A DNA stretch of 64,000 nt from Prevotella sp. GTDB taxonomy: Bacteria; Bacteroidota; Bacteroidia; Bacteroidales; Bacteroidaceae. The stretch covers positions 1,232 to 65,231 of the forward strand of contig JAZLKJ010000078.1 of assembly GCA_045597565.1 (NCBI GenBank). The letters run 5' to 3'. The notes under the pieces are model-generated. The model was not told the origin of the DNA. It searched no databases and saw only the letters and a list, made by a program, of their open reading frames with translations. How positions within the stretch are numbered: the stretch's first letter is position 1; the number at the start of each line of letters is the position of its first letter. The position numbers and the translations under genes were made by a program. Shown here piece after piece: positions 10,485 through 20,578 of this stretch.

Positions 10485-12344
10485 ATGAAGAATAAAAATA
10501 TATTATTGTATTTTCTCGGTCTGTTTTTGCTCGCTTCATGCCAGGACATGTTCGAGCCTGCCGACGAGAACACACGTCAGGAAGATGCCATGAAGTTGGA
10601 GTCTGACTATGCTAATGGTTTGCTCATTTATGGCTACAGCAGTCTTCCTCACTTGCGTTCCACACAGACTGATATTGCTACTGACGATGCTGTCACAAAC
10701 CAGACCACAAGTGGTCTCTACAACATGGCTACAGGTACTTGGGCTGCGGATGCCAACCCAACACCTATCAACCAGTGGGACGCTTGTTTGGGCGGTGTCC
10801 AGTATGTAAACAAGTTCCTCTCTATCGTTAAGGAAGTTGATTGGTCACCAAGTGCTCCTAAGAAGCAGAATATGTTCGTTGACCGTCTCAGCGGTGAGGC
10901 TTACGCTATCCGTGCTATTCTCTACCTCTCATTGCTTCAGGCACATGGAGGTTATGCAGATGACAATGTTCTCTACGGTGTACCTCTCTTTACAGAGCCA
11001 TTGGATGCAAGTGCAGACTTCAACATGCCTCGTGCAACCTTTGCAGCTTGTCTGAAACAGATTTACACAGACTGCGACAGTGCAATGAAACTTCTTCCTT
11101 TGGACTATAAGAACTACGACAGATGGAACGATATTCCAGAAAAGTTCCGCACAAAGGACTACGGTTCGGAAATCTCATCTTACAACGCTGTATTCGGCAA
11201 TACCCAGGTAAATCGTATCGCTGGCCGAATCGTACAGGCTGTAAAGGCTCAGGCAGCAGTTCTCGCTGCAAGCCCTGCTTTCCGCGACGGATGTGGCTAT
11301 CCTTCACCATCTGATACTGCGGCAGTGTATTGTGCCGATGTTATCAAGAACAATGACAAGAAGGATTACAATGAAAACTTCGATCCTACTGGTCATTTGG
11401 ATTGGTTCTCTTCTACATATAAGAATGTGATTAGTGGCAAAGTACCTGAAATTCTTTGGTGCATCGACAATGCAGAATTGGACAATAATCAGGAGAAGGA
11501 GCAATTCCCACCTTCACTCTTTGGTAATGGTCGTGTGAATCCATCACAGAACCTCGTTGATGCTTTCCCAATGAACAACGGTCTTCCTATCACAGACCCT
11601 AACTCTGGCTATGACCCACAGAACCCATACGCAAACCGTGACATGCGTCTTGCCAATACTGTTGTTTACAATGGTATGAAGTTCAGGTCAAACAACATCT
11701 TGATTGGTGTTGGTATGAGCTACGGTAAGGATGACAATGAGTTTGATGACAATCTTGAGTTTGGTCCAAGATCTACACGTACTGGTTACTATTTGAAGAA
11801 GCTTCTTCGTGAGGATGCAAGTGCAAACCCAAATTCTCCTGGTAAGGTGGATCACGTCTATCCACGTATCCGCTATACAGAGATTTACCTCGGTTTTGCT
11901 GAAGCAGCCAATGATGCATGGGGACCTAATGACGCCCGCCTCGGCTTCTCTGCATACGATGTCATCAAGCTTATCCGCGACCGTGCAGGTATCGGTAAGG
12001 ACGAGTATGGTCGCCCTCTCCCACTTGGAGACCAGTATCTTGAGAGTATTAAGGGTGACAAGGAAAAGATGACAGAACTCATCCGCAACGAGCGTCGTCT
12101 TGAACTCTGTTTCGAGAATAAGCGTTTCTGGGACCTTCGCCGCTGGAAGATGCCTCTCAAGGGTACAATACAGGGTATGAAGGTTGAAAGAATCGACCCA
12201 TCAGATTCTGACAGCAAGCTCAAATATACAGTATTTAATGTTGAAAATCGTGTGTACGACGACTCTTACCAGTGCTACGGTCCTATTCCAAAGGGCGAAG
12301 TTCTCAAGTGGAGTAACCTTCAGCAGAACAAGGGTTGGAAATAA
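10485..12344 (+). CDS. susD: Second SusD/RagB family lipoprotein (XusD-like)
   Basis: Lipobox LASC; GEAYAIRA, RDMRL, IRYTEIYLGFAEA, IRNERRLELCFENKRFWDLRRW, QNKGW. Confidence 0.95.
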   Translation: MKNKNILLYFLGLFLLASCQDMFEPADENTRQEDAMKLESDYANGLLIYGYSSLPHLRSTQTDIATDDAVTNQTTSGLYNMATGTWAADANPTPINQWDACLGGVQYVNKFLSIVKEVDWSPSAPKKQNMFVDRLSGEAYAIRAILYLSLLQAHGGYADDNVLYGVPLFTEPLDASADFNMPRATFAACLKQIYTDCDSAMKLLPLDYKNYDRWNDIPEKFRTKDYGSEISSYNAVFGNTQVNRIAGRIVQAVKAQAAVLAASPAFRDGCGYPSPSDTAAVYCADVIKNNDKKDYNENFDPTGHLDWFSSTYKNVISGKVPEILWCIDNAELDNNQEKEQFPPSLFGNGRVNPSQNLVDAFPMNNGLPITDPNSGYDPQNPYANRDMRLANTVVYNGMKFRSNNILIGVGMSYGKDDNEFDDNLEFGPRSTRTGYYLKKLLREDASANPNSPGKVDHVYPRIRYTEIYLGFAEAANDAWGPNDARLGFSAYDVIKLIRDRAGIGKDEYGRPLPLGDQYLESIKGDKEKMTELIRNERRLELCFENKRFWDLRRWKMPLKGTIQGMKVERIDPSDSDSKLKYTVFNVENRVYDDSYQCYGPIPKGEVLKWSNLQQNKGWK

Positions 12345-12351
12345 ATTCAGT

Positions 12352-12406
12352 TTCGCGAGCCTCTGGCTTGCGAAGGCAAAAGGCTAAAAGCTTAAGGCTA
12401 AAGGCC
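12352..12406 (+). repeat. TTCGC-hairpin plus GGCTAAA heptamer element
   Basis: TTCGCGAGC-CTCTG-GCTTGCGAA hairpin, then GGCAAAA GGCTAAA AGCTTAA GGCTAAA GGCC. Confidence 0.8.
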
Positions 12407-12437
12407 TGCGAAACATGAACAATAAACATTTAAAAAT

Positions 12438-13679
12438 ATGAAACTTACAAAATATTTATATGGAGTAGCTATGGGAGCTTTGTCACTTTCTATGGCATCT
12501 TGCTACAATGCTGACAAGGAGTTCCCAGACTATCAGGGAGGAACTACTGCCTACTTCGCATATCAGTACCCTGTGCGTACCCTCGTACTCGGCAATGACA
12601 TCTATGACAACTCATTGGACAATGCCCATAAGTGTCAGATATGGTCAACTATGGGTGGCGCTTACAATGGACGTAATGCGATTGTTGAGATAGCTGTTGA
12701 CAATTCACTTTGCGACAACCTCTTCTTTACTGACGAAGGCGGAAACCAGGATGGAGCCGTCACTCCTATGCCAGAGTCTTACTATAAGCTCAGCTCACTC
12801 AGCATCCCTTACAATGGTGATATGCGCGGCAATGTGGAGGTTCAGTTAACAGATGCATTCTTCAACGACCCTAAGGCTGTTGACAATACATACGTTATTC
12901 CTCTCGTGATGAAGAACGTATCAGGCATTGACCATATTCTTTCTGGTACAGCACGCGAAGGTGTTTCGCCTGTACGCTGTAACGCAAGCGACTGGGAAGT
13001 GACACCAAAGGACTATGTTCTTTACTGCGTGAAGTACATGAACCCATGGCAGGCACGTTACATTCGCCGTGGTACTGATGATATTACAGAGTGGGATCCA
13101 CATACACAGGGTAATATCACTGACCTTAATGTCCGCAAGGACTTCAACCTCGTCAACTCAGATCCTCTGCATTATAAAGAGAATCCGGTTAATGCAAATG
13201 ATGAGGTTTGCACCATCACTACAAAGGATATGAAGACTTGTACGTTCCCTATCAATGTGAAGCGTATAGTTTTAGACTGGTCAGACCCTAATAACCCAAA
13301 GCAGAACCCTGCTATCCCTTGTAACCTTATCCTTACATTCGAAGGCAACAAGTGTACTATCACTTCAAATGACGATGACGTAGAGGTAACAGGTTCTGGT
13401 GAGTTCATCACTAAGGGTACAGAACAGACTGCTTACAAGGATTATCAGTGGGGAAGCATAAATGGCAATCCTGTACAGCGTGACATCCTTCGTCTTGAGT
13501 ACAAGATTACATTCAAGCAAGGCAAGTATCTCTACACTAAGATTGACGAAAAGACCAAGAAGGAAATTAAGGTTTACCTTGAGGGCGATATGAAGTCATC
13601 TTCAGCAGATACACTTGTTGTTCAGACTCGCGAGTCAAACAAGAAAGTATTCTTCTCACCTTTATACGTTAAAAAATAA
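12438..13679 (+). CDS. PUL lipoprotein, DUF1735/DUF5627-like (XusE position), putative surface glycan-binding protein
   Basis: Lipobox MASC; YFAYQYPVRTLVLG and KDYVLYCVKYMNPW motifs typical of the lipoprotein following susD in xylan PULs (recognised, not searched). Confidence 0.75.
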   Translation: MKLTKYLYGVAMGALSLSMASCYNADKEFPDYQGGTTAYFAYQYPVRTLVLGNDIYDNSLDNAHKCQIWSTMGGAYNGRNAIVEIAVDNSLCDNLFFTDEGGNQDGAVTPMPESYYKLSSLSIPYNGDMRGNVEVQLTDAFFNDPKAVDNTYVIPLVMKNVSGIDHILSGTAREGVSPVRCNASDWEVTPKDYVLYCVKYMNPWQARYIRRGTDDITEWDPHTQGNITDLNVRKDFNLVNSDPLHYKENPVNANDEVCTITTKDMKTCTFPINVKRIVLDWSDPNNPKQNPAIPCNLILTFEGNKCTITSNDDDVEVTGSGEFITKGTEQTAYKDYQWGSINGNPVQRDILRLEYKITFKQGKYLYTKIDEKTKKEIKVYLEGDMKSSSADTLVVQTRESNKKVFFSPLYVKK

Positions 13680-13694
13680 TAGGAGGCAAAGAAT

Positions 13695-15374
13695 ATGAAA
13701 AAGTATTTTAAGAAAAGTCTCTATATGTTGGTAGCAGGAGCACTCGTTGCATCCTGCGCCGACTATAACGATCTTGGCGGCTTCCAAGCTGAGCCAGATC
13801 CTTCAGCAGTTCTGCCATACTCTGATTGCAAGCCTATCAAGTCATACATTGATAAGGTTGCCAATCCAAACTTGGAAATTGGTGCCACACTTGATATCAC
13901 AGAGTTCAACAAGCAGGAGCTCTCTCACGCTGCTGTCATGACAAACTTCGACAATGTGTCGTTTGGAAAATCACTCATGTCGGGTACTATTGTCAGCCCT
14001 AAGGGTATCATGAACTTCATCAACATGATGGACCTTCTTGACCACATGGCTGAGATTGACGGTAAAGTCTTCGGTAGCCCTATCGTAGCTAACGCTAACC
14101 AGTGCGACGAATGGATTGCTTTGCTTACAGCACCTATCGAGATTACTGTTGATTTCGTTGAAGGCAAGACTGTTGACTTCAATGACTACAAGGTAGGCGA
14201 AATGCCTTGTACAAACAAGAAGACAAGCTCAAGCCAGTTGGCTAAGATTGCGAATGTAAAAAGTATAGGTCAGAATGCTCTTAGCCTTCCTTCTCAGTCT
14301 AAGGTAAACATCATTGAAGACTTTGAGGTTGACCCTTTGGCTACTTATACTACAACATTCTGGGCAATAGCAGACAAGGACGCTTCTTTCTTGGTAAACT
14401 TCTCAGGCAATCAAGTACAAGGTACTGGTACTAAGGATGGTAAGTGGGTGCTTCCTGCAGGAAAGCTGACTAAGATTGTTGTTGAAAGCAAGTGTGCAGA
14501 AGACGCAACAGAAGGATTCTTGGAGATTGAAATGGTTCGTGGTTCTGCCATGAACATCCAGAAGGTTCAGGTAGGCTACTTCCCTGACAACCATGTTCCG
14601 CAGACTCCACAGGAGAAGAACGATACTATCATGTATGCCCTCAACACATGGTGTGACGGCTTCATGAAGATCAACGAGGGTCGCATCAAGCAGTTCGACC
14701 TTATTGACGAGCCTATTGACGACGCTTCTATTCTCGAGGGCGACGAAATCATGGACCTCAAGCATTCTAAGGATGGCAACTACTGGCAGGATATCCTCGG
14801 TAGCGAGAACTATGCTCCAACGGTTGCGAATATCGTTCGCGAGAAGTTCGCTGCAAACAAGGGTAACCTTGAGGAACTCAAGTTGTTCATCGGTGAGACT
14901 GGTCTTGAGAATAAGGATAAGATGAAGAGCCTTGACAAGTGGATTGAAATCTGGGATGCTAAGGGTGCCAAGATTGACGGTATCACTGCAAAGGTGAACC
15001 TCACTTGCTACGAAGACCAGGCTAAGCAGGAAAAAGCCAAGGCTGATTACGAAGCCCTCCTTGATAATCTTGCTAAGACAGGTAAGCTCATCCGCCTCGC
15101 TAACTTTGATATAAAGTATGTGGATGCAGATAACCTTAATGTTACAACTGTCAAGATCACTAAGGAGCAGCGTCAGGATCTTGCCAACTTCAACGCATAT
15201 GCTATCAAGGAATACATGAACAGGATTCCAAAGGACAAGCAGGCTGGTATCATCAAGAATTCTCTTGTTGATGGTACAGACCCTGTTGGTCTTTGGACTA
15301 AGACTGGTAAGTCAAACGATTGGATTCGCAACGCTACTTACAAGGCATGGTGCGATGCTCTCAGCGGAAAATAA
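13695..15374 (+). CDS. GH10-fold lipoprotein with CBM-like insertion, apparently non-catalytic
   Basis: Lipobox VASC; colinear with the GH10 at 22918 (QTPQEKNDTIMYALNTWCDGFM vs QTAEEKHDTLVYAMDKWIKGMM; YWQD; PVGLWT), but LIRLANFDI replaces LVRVSELDM. Confidence 0.75.
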   Translation: MKKYFKKSLYMLVAGALVASCADYNDLGGFQAEPDPSAVLPYSDCKPIKSYIDKVANPNLEIGATLDITEFNKQELSHAAVMTNFDNVSFGKSLMSGTIVSPKGIMNFINMMDLLDHMAEIDGKVFGSPIVANANQCDEWIALLTAPIEITVDFVEGKTVDFNDYKVGEMPCTNKKTSSSQLAKIANVKSIGQNALSLPSQSKVNIIEDFEVDPLATYTTTFWAIADKDASFLVNFSGNQVQGTGTKDGKWVLPAGKLTKIVVESKCAEDATEGFLEIEMVRGSAMNIQKVQVGYFPDNHVPQTPQEKNDTIMYALNTWCDGFMKINEGRIKQFDLIDEPIDDASILEGDEIMDLKHSKDGNYWQDILGSENYAPTVANIVREKFAANKGNLEELKLFIGETGLENKDKMKSLDKWIEIWDAKGAKIDGITAKVNLTCYEDQAKQEKAKADYEALLDNLAKTGKLIRLANFDIKYVDADNLNVTTVKITKEQRQDLANFNAYAIKEYMNRIPKDKQAGIIKNSLVDGTDPVGLWTKTGKSNDWIRNATYKAWCDALSGK

Positions 15375-15377
15375 AAC

Positions 15378-15440
15378 TATGGAGGTGCGGTGCCCCCACC
15401 GCACTATAAACAATAGTGGTGCGGTGTCCTCACCGCACCA
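15378..15440 (+). repeat. Pair of GGAG-type REP hairpins
   Basis: TATGGAGGTGCGGTG-CCCC-CACCGCAC and GTGGTGCGGTG-TCCT-CACCGCACCAC. Confidence 0.85.
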
Positions 15441-15651
15441 CAAAACATAATAAAACGCCGTTTTTCCTTTAATTTTGATACATATAGTTTATAATTAGGG
15501 AACATAACGGCATTTTTTATCATCAATATTTTTGAGATAGTTTATTTTTTGCTAACTTTGCACTCACAAACTTTAAGTTTATTGCGCTTGAATATCTAGA
15601 ATCAAGAATTAAAAATATCAACTATAAAATTATTAACCTAATTCTTTCTCT

Positions 15652-17772
15652 ATGAAAAAATTATTTACTCTCGTTGCTCTCCTTGCAATGTTCTTGGGAG
15701 CAAAGGCTGAGACAATTGAAGACGTGTTCATCGACTTCTCTACTGTTTCAGAACTCAAACTCTACGGTTGGGGAGGTAGTGAATCTGCAAGAGCACGTCT
15801 CTCTCTTCTCGATGGCTGCCTTCACTTCCACAGTGAGGAAGCTACAGACCCTTCTTGGGACTGTCAGTTCTTCCCAGTTGGTGGCGTTGATGTAGAAGTT
15901 GGTCAGACCTACACAATGACCCTTATGATGAAGGGTGATCACGCTGCTAACATGAGCGCTGTTAGCTTCGGTGGTTTGGCAAATTATGGTAATCTCGCAG
16001 TTCCTACAGAATGGACTGAAATTACTATTATGTATGAAAATGTTACTGGTACAGATGGTAACGTACTTTTCCAGTGCGGTGACTATGTAGGTGATTGGGA
16101 CATCAAGTGGATCAAGATTACTCATGAAGGTAAGAAAGAAGCTCCTATTGTTTGGAATGAGCTCCTCCTAAACGGTGATGCAGAGAAGTCATGGGCTGAC
16201 CTCGGTCTCGCTGACGTTGCTTTCGACGACATGGATAACAACATGAAGGTTTGCTTCTGGACAAAGGAGAAGGGTGTAAACGAGAATAACCCACACCCAG
16301 CAGAAATTATTCAGGAAGCTGATGGCAACCACGCATTCATCTGCCGCGCTACAACAGCCGACACTGAAGGTGATGCAGCAGCTTGGGACAACCAGATTTG
16401 GCTTCAGGCTCCACGTGCATGGAAGACTGGTGAGCAGTTCCGTCTCATGTTCCGTTACAAGGCTTCAGAGCCTGTTGTAACAAACACTCAGGTACACAAC
16501 CAGAAGCCTTCTGACTACCTCTACTGGCAGGCAGTTGGTGACGTAAACTTCACTACAGAATGGCAGCAGTTCGAGCAGATTTTCACTGTTCCTTCTGATG
16601 CTAACGGTATGTGGTCTGTCGCATTCAACCTTAACCCTAACGTTAAGACTCCTGTTGACTTCTACATTGATGACATCTCATGGGGCGAAATGCAGCTTGA
16701 GCATGGTCTCTTCATCACTGCAGCAAACACTTCAAATAATAACGTAGAGTACGACTTCGCTTCTGCTGCTTCTTTCGTTTACGACGAAAATATGGATGCT
16801 ATGGCTGCTAGAGTCGGTGAACCTGGTAATGATGGTGAGAAGTGGGTTAACGAGGTTATGATTTCTACCGTTCGTGGTAACGACCGCCAGTTCAAGGCCA
16901 ACACTCTCAAGAATAAGGGTGCTGTACTCGCATCATTCTATGATCCAGCAGAAGAAAACTGGGTTAACTTCGAGGAAGGTTCAAACGCTAAGATTAAGCT
17001 CCCTGCAGCAGGTGTTTGGGATATTTATGTTGACGAGGAAGCTGGTGTAATGGCATTCTACCAGGTTGAAGGTGATGTGGTTCTCCCACCAGTAGAAGTC
17101 GTTCCTAATGAGAACGAGTTCGTTATTAAGACTGTTGAGCGTACTATGAGTTTGGACGAGGCTAAGGCTGCTGGTCTTATCGCTGATCCAGAAAACCCAA
17201 CAGACGAAGAGAAGGCTCAGTACTCAGGTCAGCCTTGGGACAACCAGTTCTTCATCATTGGTAACCGTGCTCTTGAAGTAGGTGAAGAAGTATTCGTTTC
17301 ATTCGACTATATGGCAACAGCTCCAGCTACAGTAGGTACTCAGAACTCTAAGAATGCTGGTGACTACCTCCACTGGGCAGGTCTTGGCAACATTGAGTTC
17401 ACTACAGAATGGCAGAGCTTCGAGACTACTGTAACAATTCCAGCAGAAACTTCAGGCAACCAGAACTCTTGGACATTCAACCTCTCTAACGCTCAGGCAG
17501 CTAACGAGTTCCATATTAAGAACATCGTATTCTGCAACGCAGACAAGACTGAGACATTCATTGATATGGAGGGCACAAGTGAAGCTAACTTCATGAAGAA
17601 GGTTGGTGCTAACACTGCTGCAATTCCTGCTGATGCAGATCCTGATGCTATCAAGAATGTAACTAACACTAAGGTTACAACTAACGCAATGTTCAACCTC
17701 GCTGGTCAGCGTGTATCTAAGGACTTCAAGGGTATCGCTATCAAGAACGGTCAGAAGTTCATTGTTAAGTAA
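15652..17772 (+). CDS. Secreted non-catalytic protein with three CBM4_9-like modules and a T9SS-type C-terminal domain
   Basis: Signal peptide; repeated WD(C/N)Q(F/I) and (P/T)TEW motifs (PSWDCQFF, AAWDNQIW, QPWDNQFF); tail FNLAGQRV...IKNGQKFIVK; no catalytic motif seen; -7 box TAACTTTG at 15553-15560. Confidence 0.75.
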   Translation: MKKLFTLVALLAMFLGAKAETIEDVFIDFSTVSELKLYGWGGSESARARLSLLDGCLHFHSEEATDPSWDCQFFPVGGVDVEVGQTYTMTLMMKGDHAANMSAVSFGGLANYGNLAVPTEWTEITIMYENVTGTDGNVLFQCGDYVGDWDIKWIKITHEGKKEAPIVWNELLLNGDAEKSWADLGLADVAFDDMDNNMKVCFWTKEKGVNENNPHPAEIIQEADGNHAFICRATTADTEGDAAAWDNQIWLQAPRAWKTGEQFRLMFRYKASEPVVTNTQVHNQKPSDYLYWQAVGDVNFTTEWQQFEQIFTVPSDANGMWSVAFNLNPNVKTPVDFYIDDISWGEMQLEHGLFITAANTSNNNVEYDFASAASFVYDENMDAMAARVGEPGNDGEKWVNEVMISTVRGNDRQFKANTLKNKGAVLASFYDPAEENWVNFEEGSNAKIKLPAAGVWDIYVDEEAGVMAFYQVEGDVVLPPVEVVPNENEFVIKTVERTMSLDEAKAAGLIADPENPTDEEKAQYSGQPWDNQFFIIGNRALEVGEEVFVSFDYMATAPATVGTQNSKNAGDYLHWAGLGNIEFTTEWQSFETTVTIPAETSGNQNSWTFNLSNAQAANEFHIKNIVFCNADKTETFIDMEGTSEANFMKKVGANTAAIPADADPDAIKNVTNTKVTTNAMFNLAGQRVSKDFKGIAIKNGQKFIVK

Positions 17773-17780
17773 GATTAAAG

Positions 17781-17818
17781 TAATGTAAGGCTTAGGAGTT
17801 TTCCTCTGCCTTACATTA
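17781..17818 (+). terminator. Hairpin, possible terminator after the CBM4-like protein
   Basis: TAATGTAAGGC...GCCTTACATTA inverted repeat; further hairpins at ~17823-17849 and 17868-17895. Confidence 0.55.
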
Positions 17819-17916
17819 TAAGATAAAAGAAGTTTACCACTTCTTTATTTTAAGGGTTATAAAAGGGACGGGCGGATCTGTGAAGAGCCGCCCGTTTGTA
17901 TAATAAACTATTTGTT

Positions 17917-19644
17917 ATGAAATTCTATACTCTTTTACTTTCTACTTTCCTTTCAACGACAACATTATTCGCCCAAACCTTTCTCAAGTCTCCAAAAGGT
18001 TTTAGTGACACGAACCCTCTGAGCGCATTGCAGTTCTGTGCAGACCCAACAGCCGTTGAGTATAATGGTCGCGTGTATGTCTATGGTACAAACGACCAGC
18101 AACAGTTTGACCAGGGTACCGGCTTCAAGCCAAAATCACAGGGTGGCGTTGGCAACGACTACGGCAAGATTAACTCTCTTGTCTGCATGTCTTCTTCCGA
18201 CCTCGTGAACTGGACATGGCATAAGCCAATAGAAGTTAAGCAAATAGCCAAATGGACAAACTGTTCTTGGGCGCCTTCTATCTGTAGCCGTGAAGAGGCA
18301 GACGGACAGACACACTTCTACCTCTATTTTGCCAATGGTGCGAGCGGTATCGGTGTGCTCACCTCAACATCTCCAACTGGTCCGTGGACAGACCCACTAG
18401 GCAAGGCAATGATTCCTTGGGGCATGAAAGGCATGGGCGACATTACATGGCTTTTCGATCCGGGTGTTGTTGTTGATAAGGACGGCACTGGCTGGCTCGC
18501 TTGGGGTGGCGGTGGCGGTGTTCACCAGAATAATGTTGCAAAGGGTGCAAACGAGATGCTCGATATGAATACTCGTATCGCAAAGTTGGAGCCTGACATG
18601 GTAACAATAAAGCCGGAGAATATCACTATTCTCCCTGCTCCTTACCATTTCGAGGCAAGCGAACTGAACATCATCGGCGGCAAGTTTGTCTATACATATT
18701 GCTCTGACTGGAGCAGCGATCGTTCAAAGTGGGGGCAGTTCAATTACTACGACAAGAGCAAGGCGAAGCCTTCTGCACCAGGTGTTGCACAGATGTGCTA
18801 TATGGTTAGCACTGATCCGCTCAATGCAGATTCTTGGCAGTATGTGGGCATGTACGGCAAGAATCCAAGTAACTTCGGTTATCCTGGCGGTAATAACCAC
18901 ACTCACTTGCAGAAGTTCCTTAACAACTACTACCTCTTCTATCATTGCCACAACACAGAAGGCAGCCTCAAACCATCTTCTGACTCAGAGGGTGGCTATC
19001 GCAACATCCAGGTTAACCAAATAGAGGTTAATGAAGCTACCAGCAAGATTAGCGAGATTTCAATGTCTAATGGTGGTTCACTCATCAGAAACAACCGCAT
19101 AAAGCTAACCGATAAGACTCAGGCAGAGACAATGTACAACAATTCTGAAGGCATAGGATTCTACTATGATAACGATGTTGTAGCCGTTCATTTCCAGAAG
19201 GCTGGCAGTTGGGTTGGCGTGCGCAGCGTAACGTCTGATGTTTATGTGAAGTCTTTGAAGGTAAAGCTTCGCGGCAAGGGTACGCTTGAGATTCATACAG
19301 GCGATGGCAAGATCATCAATCCTCAGCCTATAGCCACTATCAACTTCAATTCTACTCGTCGTTTAGAGGATTATGTGGTAGCTCTCACTGAGCCTATCAA
19401 GAGTGCTACTGGTCTCTATTTCGTATGTTCAGAGGTTTCCAACTCATCCACATATTTTGACGAGTGGCAGTTCTTTGAGGACGACATCACTGCCATCTCT
19501 TCTCCTGAGTGCAGCGACAAGGTCGTAAAAGAAGAATACTTCAAACTCTCTGGCATCCGTTGCGAAGAGCCAACAAATGGCACTTATATCATTAAGCGCA
19601 CCTTTGCGGACGGAACAACAGCTACGGAGAAGGTGATGAAGTAA
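17917..19644 (+). CDS. GH43 arabinoxylan arabinofuranohydrolase-like enzyme with CBM6-like module and T9SS-type CTD
   Basis: FCADPTAVEYNGRVYVYGTND, WAPS, LFDPG, FEAS, NNHT GH43 motifs; QAET CBM6-like start. ATG at 17917 preferred to the TTG at 17896. Confidence 0.85.
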   Translation: MKFYTLLLSTFLSTTTLFAQTFLKSPKGFSDTNPLSALQFCADPTAVEYNGRVYVYGTNDQQQFDQGTGFKPKSQGGVGNDYGKINSLVCMSSSDLVNWTWHKPIEVKQIAKWTNCSWAPSICSREEADGQTHFYLYFANGASGIGVLTSTSPTGPWTDPLGKAMIPWGMKGMGDITWLFDPGVVVDKDGTGWLAWGGGGGVHQNNVAKGANEMLDMNTRIAKLEPDMVTIKPENITILPAPYHFEASELNIIGGKFVYTYCSDWSSDRSKWGQFNYYDKSKAKPSAPGVAQMCYMVSTDPLNADSWQYVGMYGKNPSNFGYPGGNNHTHLQKFLNNYYLFYHCHNTEGSLKPSSDSEGGYRNIQVNQIEVNEATSKISEISMSNGGSLIRNNRIKLTDKTQAETMYNNSEGIGFYYDNDVVAVHFQKAGSWVGVRSVTSDVYVKSLKVKLRGKGTLEIHTGDGKIINPQPIATINFNSTRRLEDYVVALTEPIKSATGLYFVCSEVSNSSTYFDEWQFFEDDITAISSPECSDKVVKEEYFKLSGIRCEEPTNGTYIIKRTFADGTTATEKVMK

Positions 19645-19648
19645 TTAT

Positions 19649-19770
19649 TATGGAGGGGCGGTGCCCTCACCGCCCCACTACTGAAGAAACTAATATTATT
19701 GTTCATTTTATGGTATCGTGAGGGCACAATACCGCCATAATGGTGCGGTGAGGGCACCGCACCTCCATAA
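19649..19770. repeat. REP triplet (one +, two -) upstream of the RAYT
   Basis: TATGGAGGGGCGGTGCCCTCACCGCCCC; minus-strand TATGGCGGTATTGTGCCCTCACGATACC; minus-strand TATGGAGGTGCGGTGCCCTCACCGCACC. Confidence 0.9.
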
Positions 19771-19777
19771 TAATACC

Positions 19778-20446
19778 ATGAAGTACAAACATATAACTAA
19801 ACAATCCATTGGGTTTAAAGCTTTTCTTCAACAAGGTGACACCCCTATTGTTTCCATTGGGAAGTTGCCTCATTGGGAAATAGACAATCGCTTGCAGTTT
19901 GTTACTTTCAGACAAGCAGATTCCATTCCACAGTCTAAGCTATTAGAATATAAGAAGGAAAAGGAAGAGTGGCTGAGTAAACAGCAAAGACCTTTATCAG
20001 ATGATGCCAAAATTGAGTATTCAGTCATCTTTGGAGATAAAATTGACAAATGGCTTGATGCTGGTATTGGTAGTTGTGTACTAAAGAATAATATTGCACG
20101 AGAAATATTATCCACTGTCATACTATATGACGAAGGGAAAAAATACGATGTGCTGGCAGCATGTATAATGCCAAATCATGTACATCTATTATTATATGTG
20201 TATCAAGAAGAGAGATTAAAAGAAATAGTACAACAAATTAAAAGGATATCTGCGCATAAGATTAATACAGCAATAGGCAGAAAAGGAGAATTATGGCAAA
20301 AAGAATCTTTTGATAGAGTAATAAGGTCTTGGCAACATCTTAAGTATGTAATGGAGTATATAAATCATAATGGCGACAAACTTCCACAAGACATCTATAC
20401 CACTTGGGAAAATATATATGTGTATGATAATCAGCAGGGGCGGTGA
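19778..20446 (+). mobile_element. REP-associated tyrosine transposase (RAYT, Y1 HUH / IS200-like fold)
   Basis: LPHW...FVTFRQADS, HUH motif IMPNHVHLL, LWQKESFDRVIR, catalytic YINHN; AT-rich; REP clusters on both sides. Start set at ATG 19778, since the upstream extension is REP sequence. Confidence 0.9.
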
Positions 20447-20576
20447 TTTGTTTCACCGCCCCTGCTAATTATGGTGGGGCGGTGCCCTCACCGCCCCAAT
20501 ATGATATTTCGGATTTTATGGTGTCGTGGGGGCACGACACCTCCATATTGTGCGGTGAGGGCACCGCACCTCCATA
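20433..20576. repeat. Hairpin over the RAYT stop plus REP triplet downstream of the RAYT
   Basis: AGCAGGGGCGGTGA...TCACCGCCCCTGCT (20433-20466), then a + REP at 20470 and - REPs at 20519 and 20550, in the same order as the upstream triplet. Confidence 0.9.
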
Positions 20577-20578
20577 AT

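Noticed and set aside
19778..20446. Classical IS200/IS605 element with tnpB
   Set aside because: No tnpB, and the flanks are multi-copy REP hairpins consistent with a RAYT.
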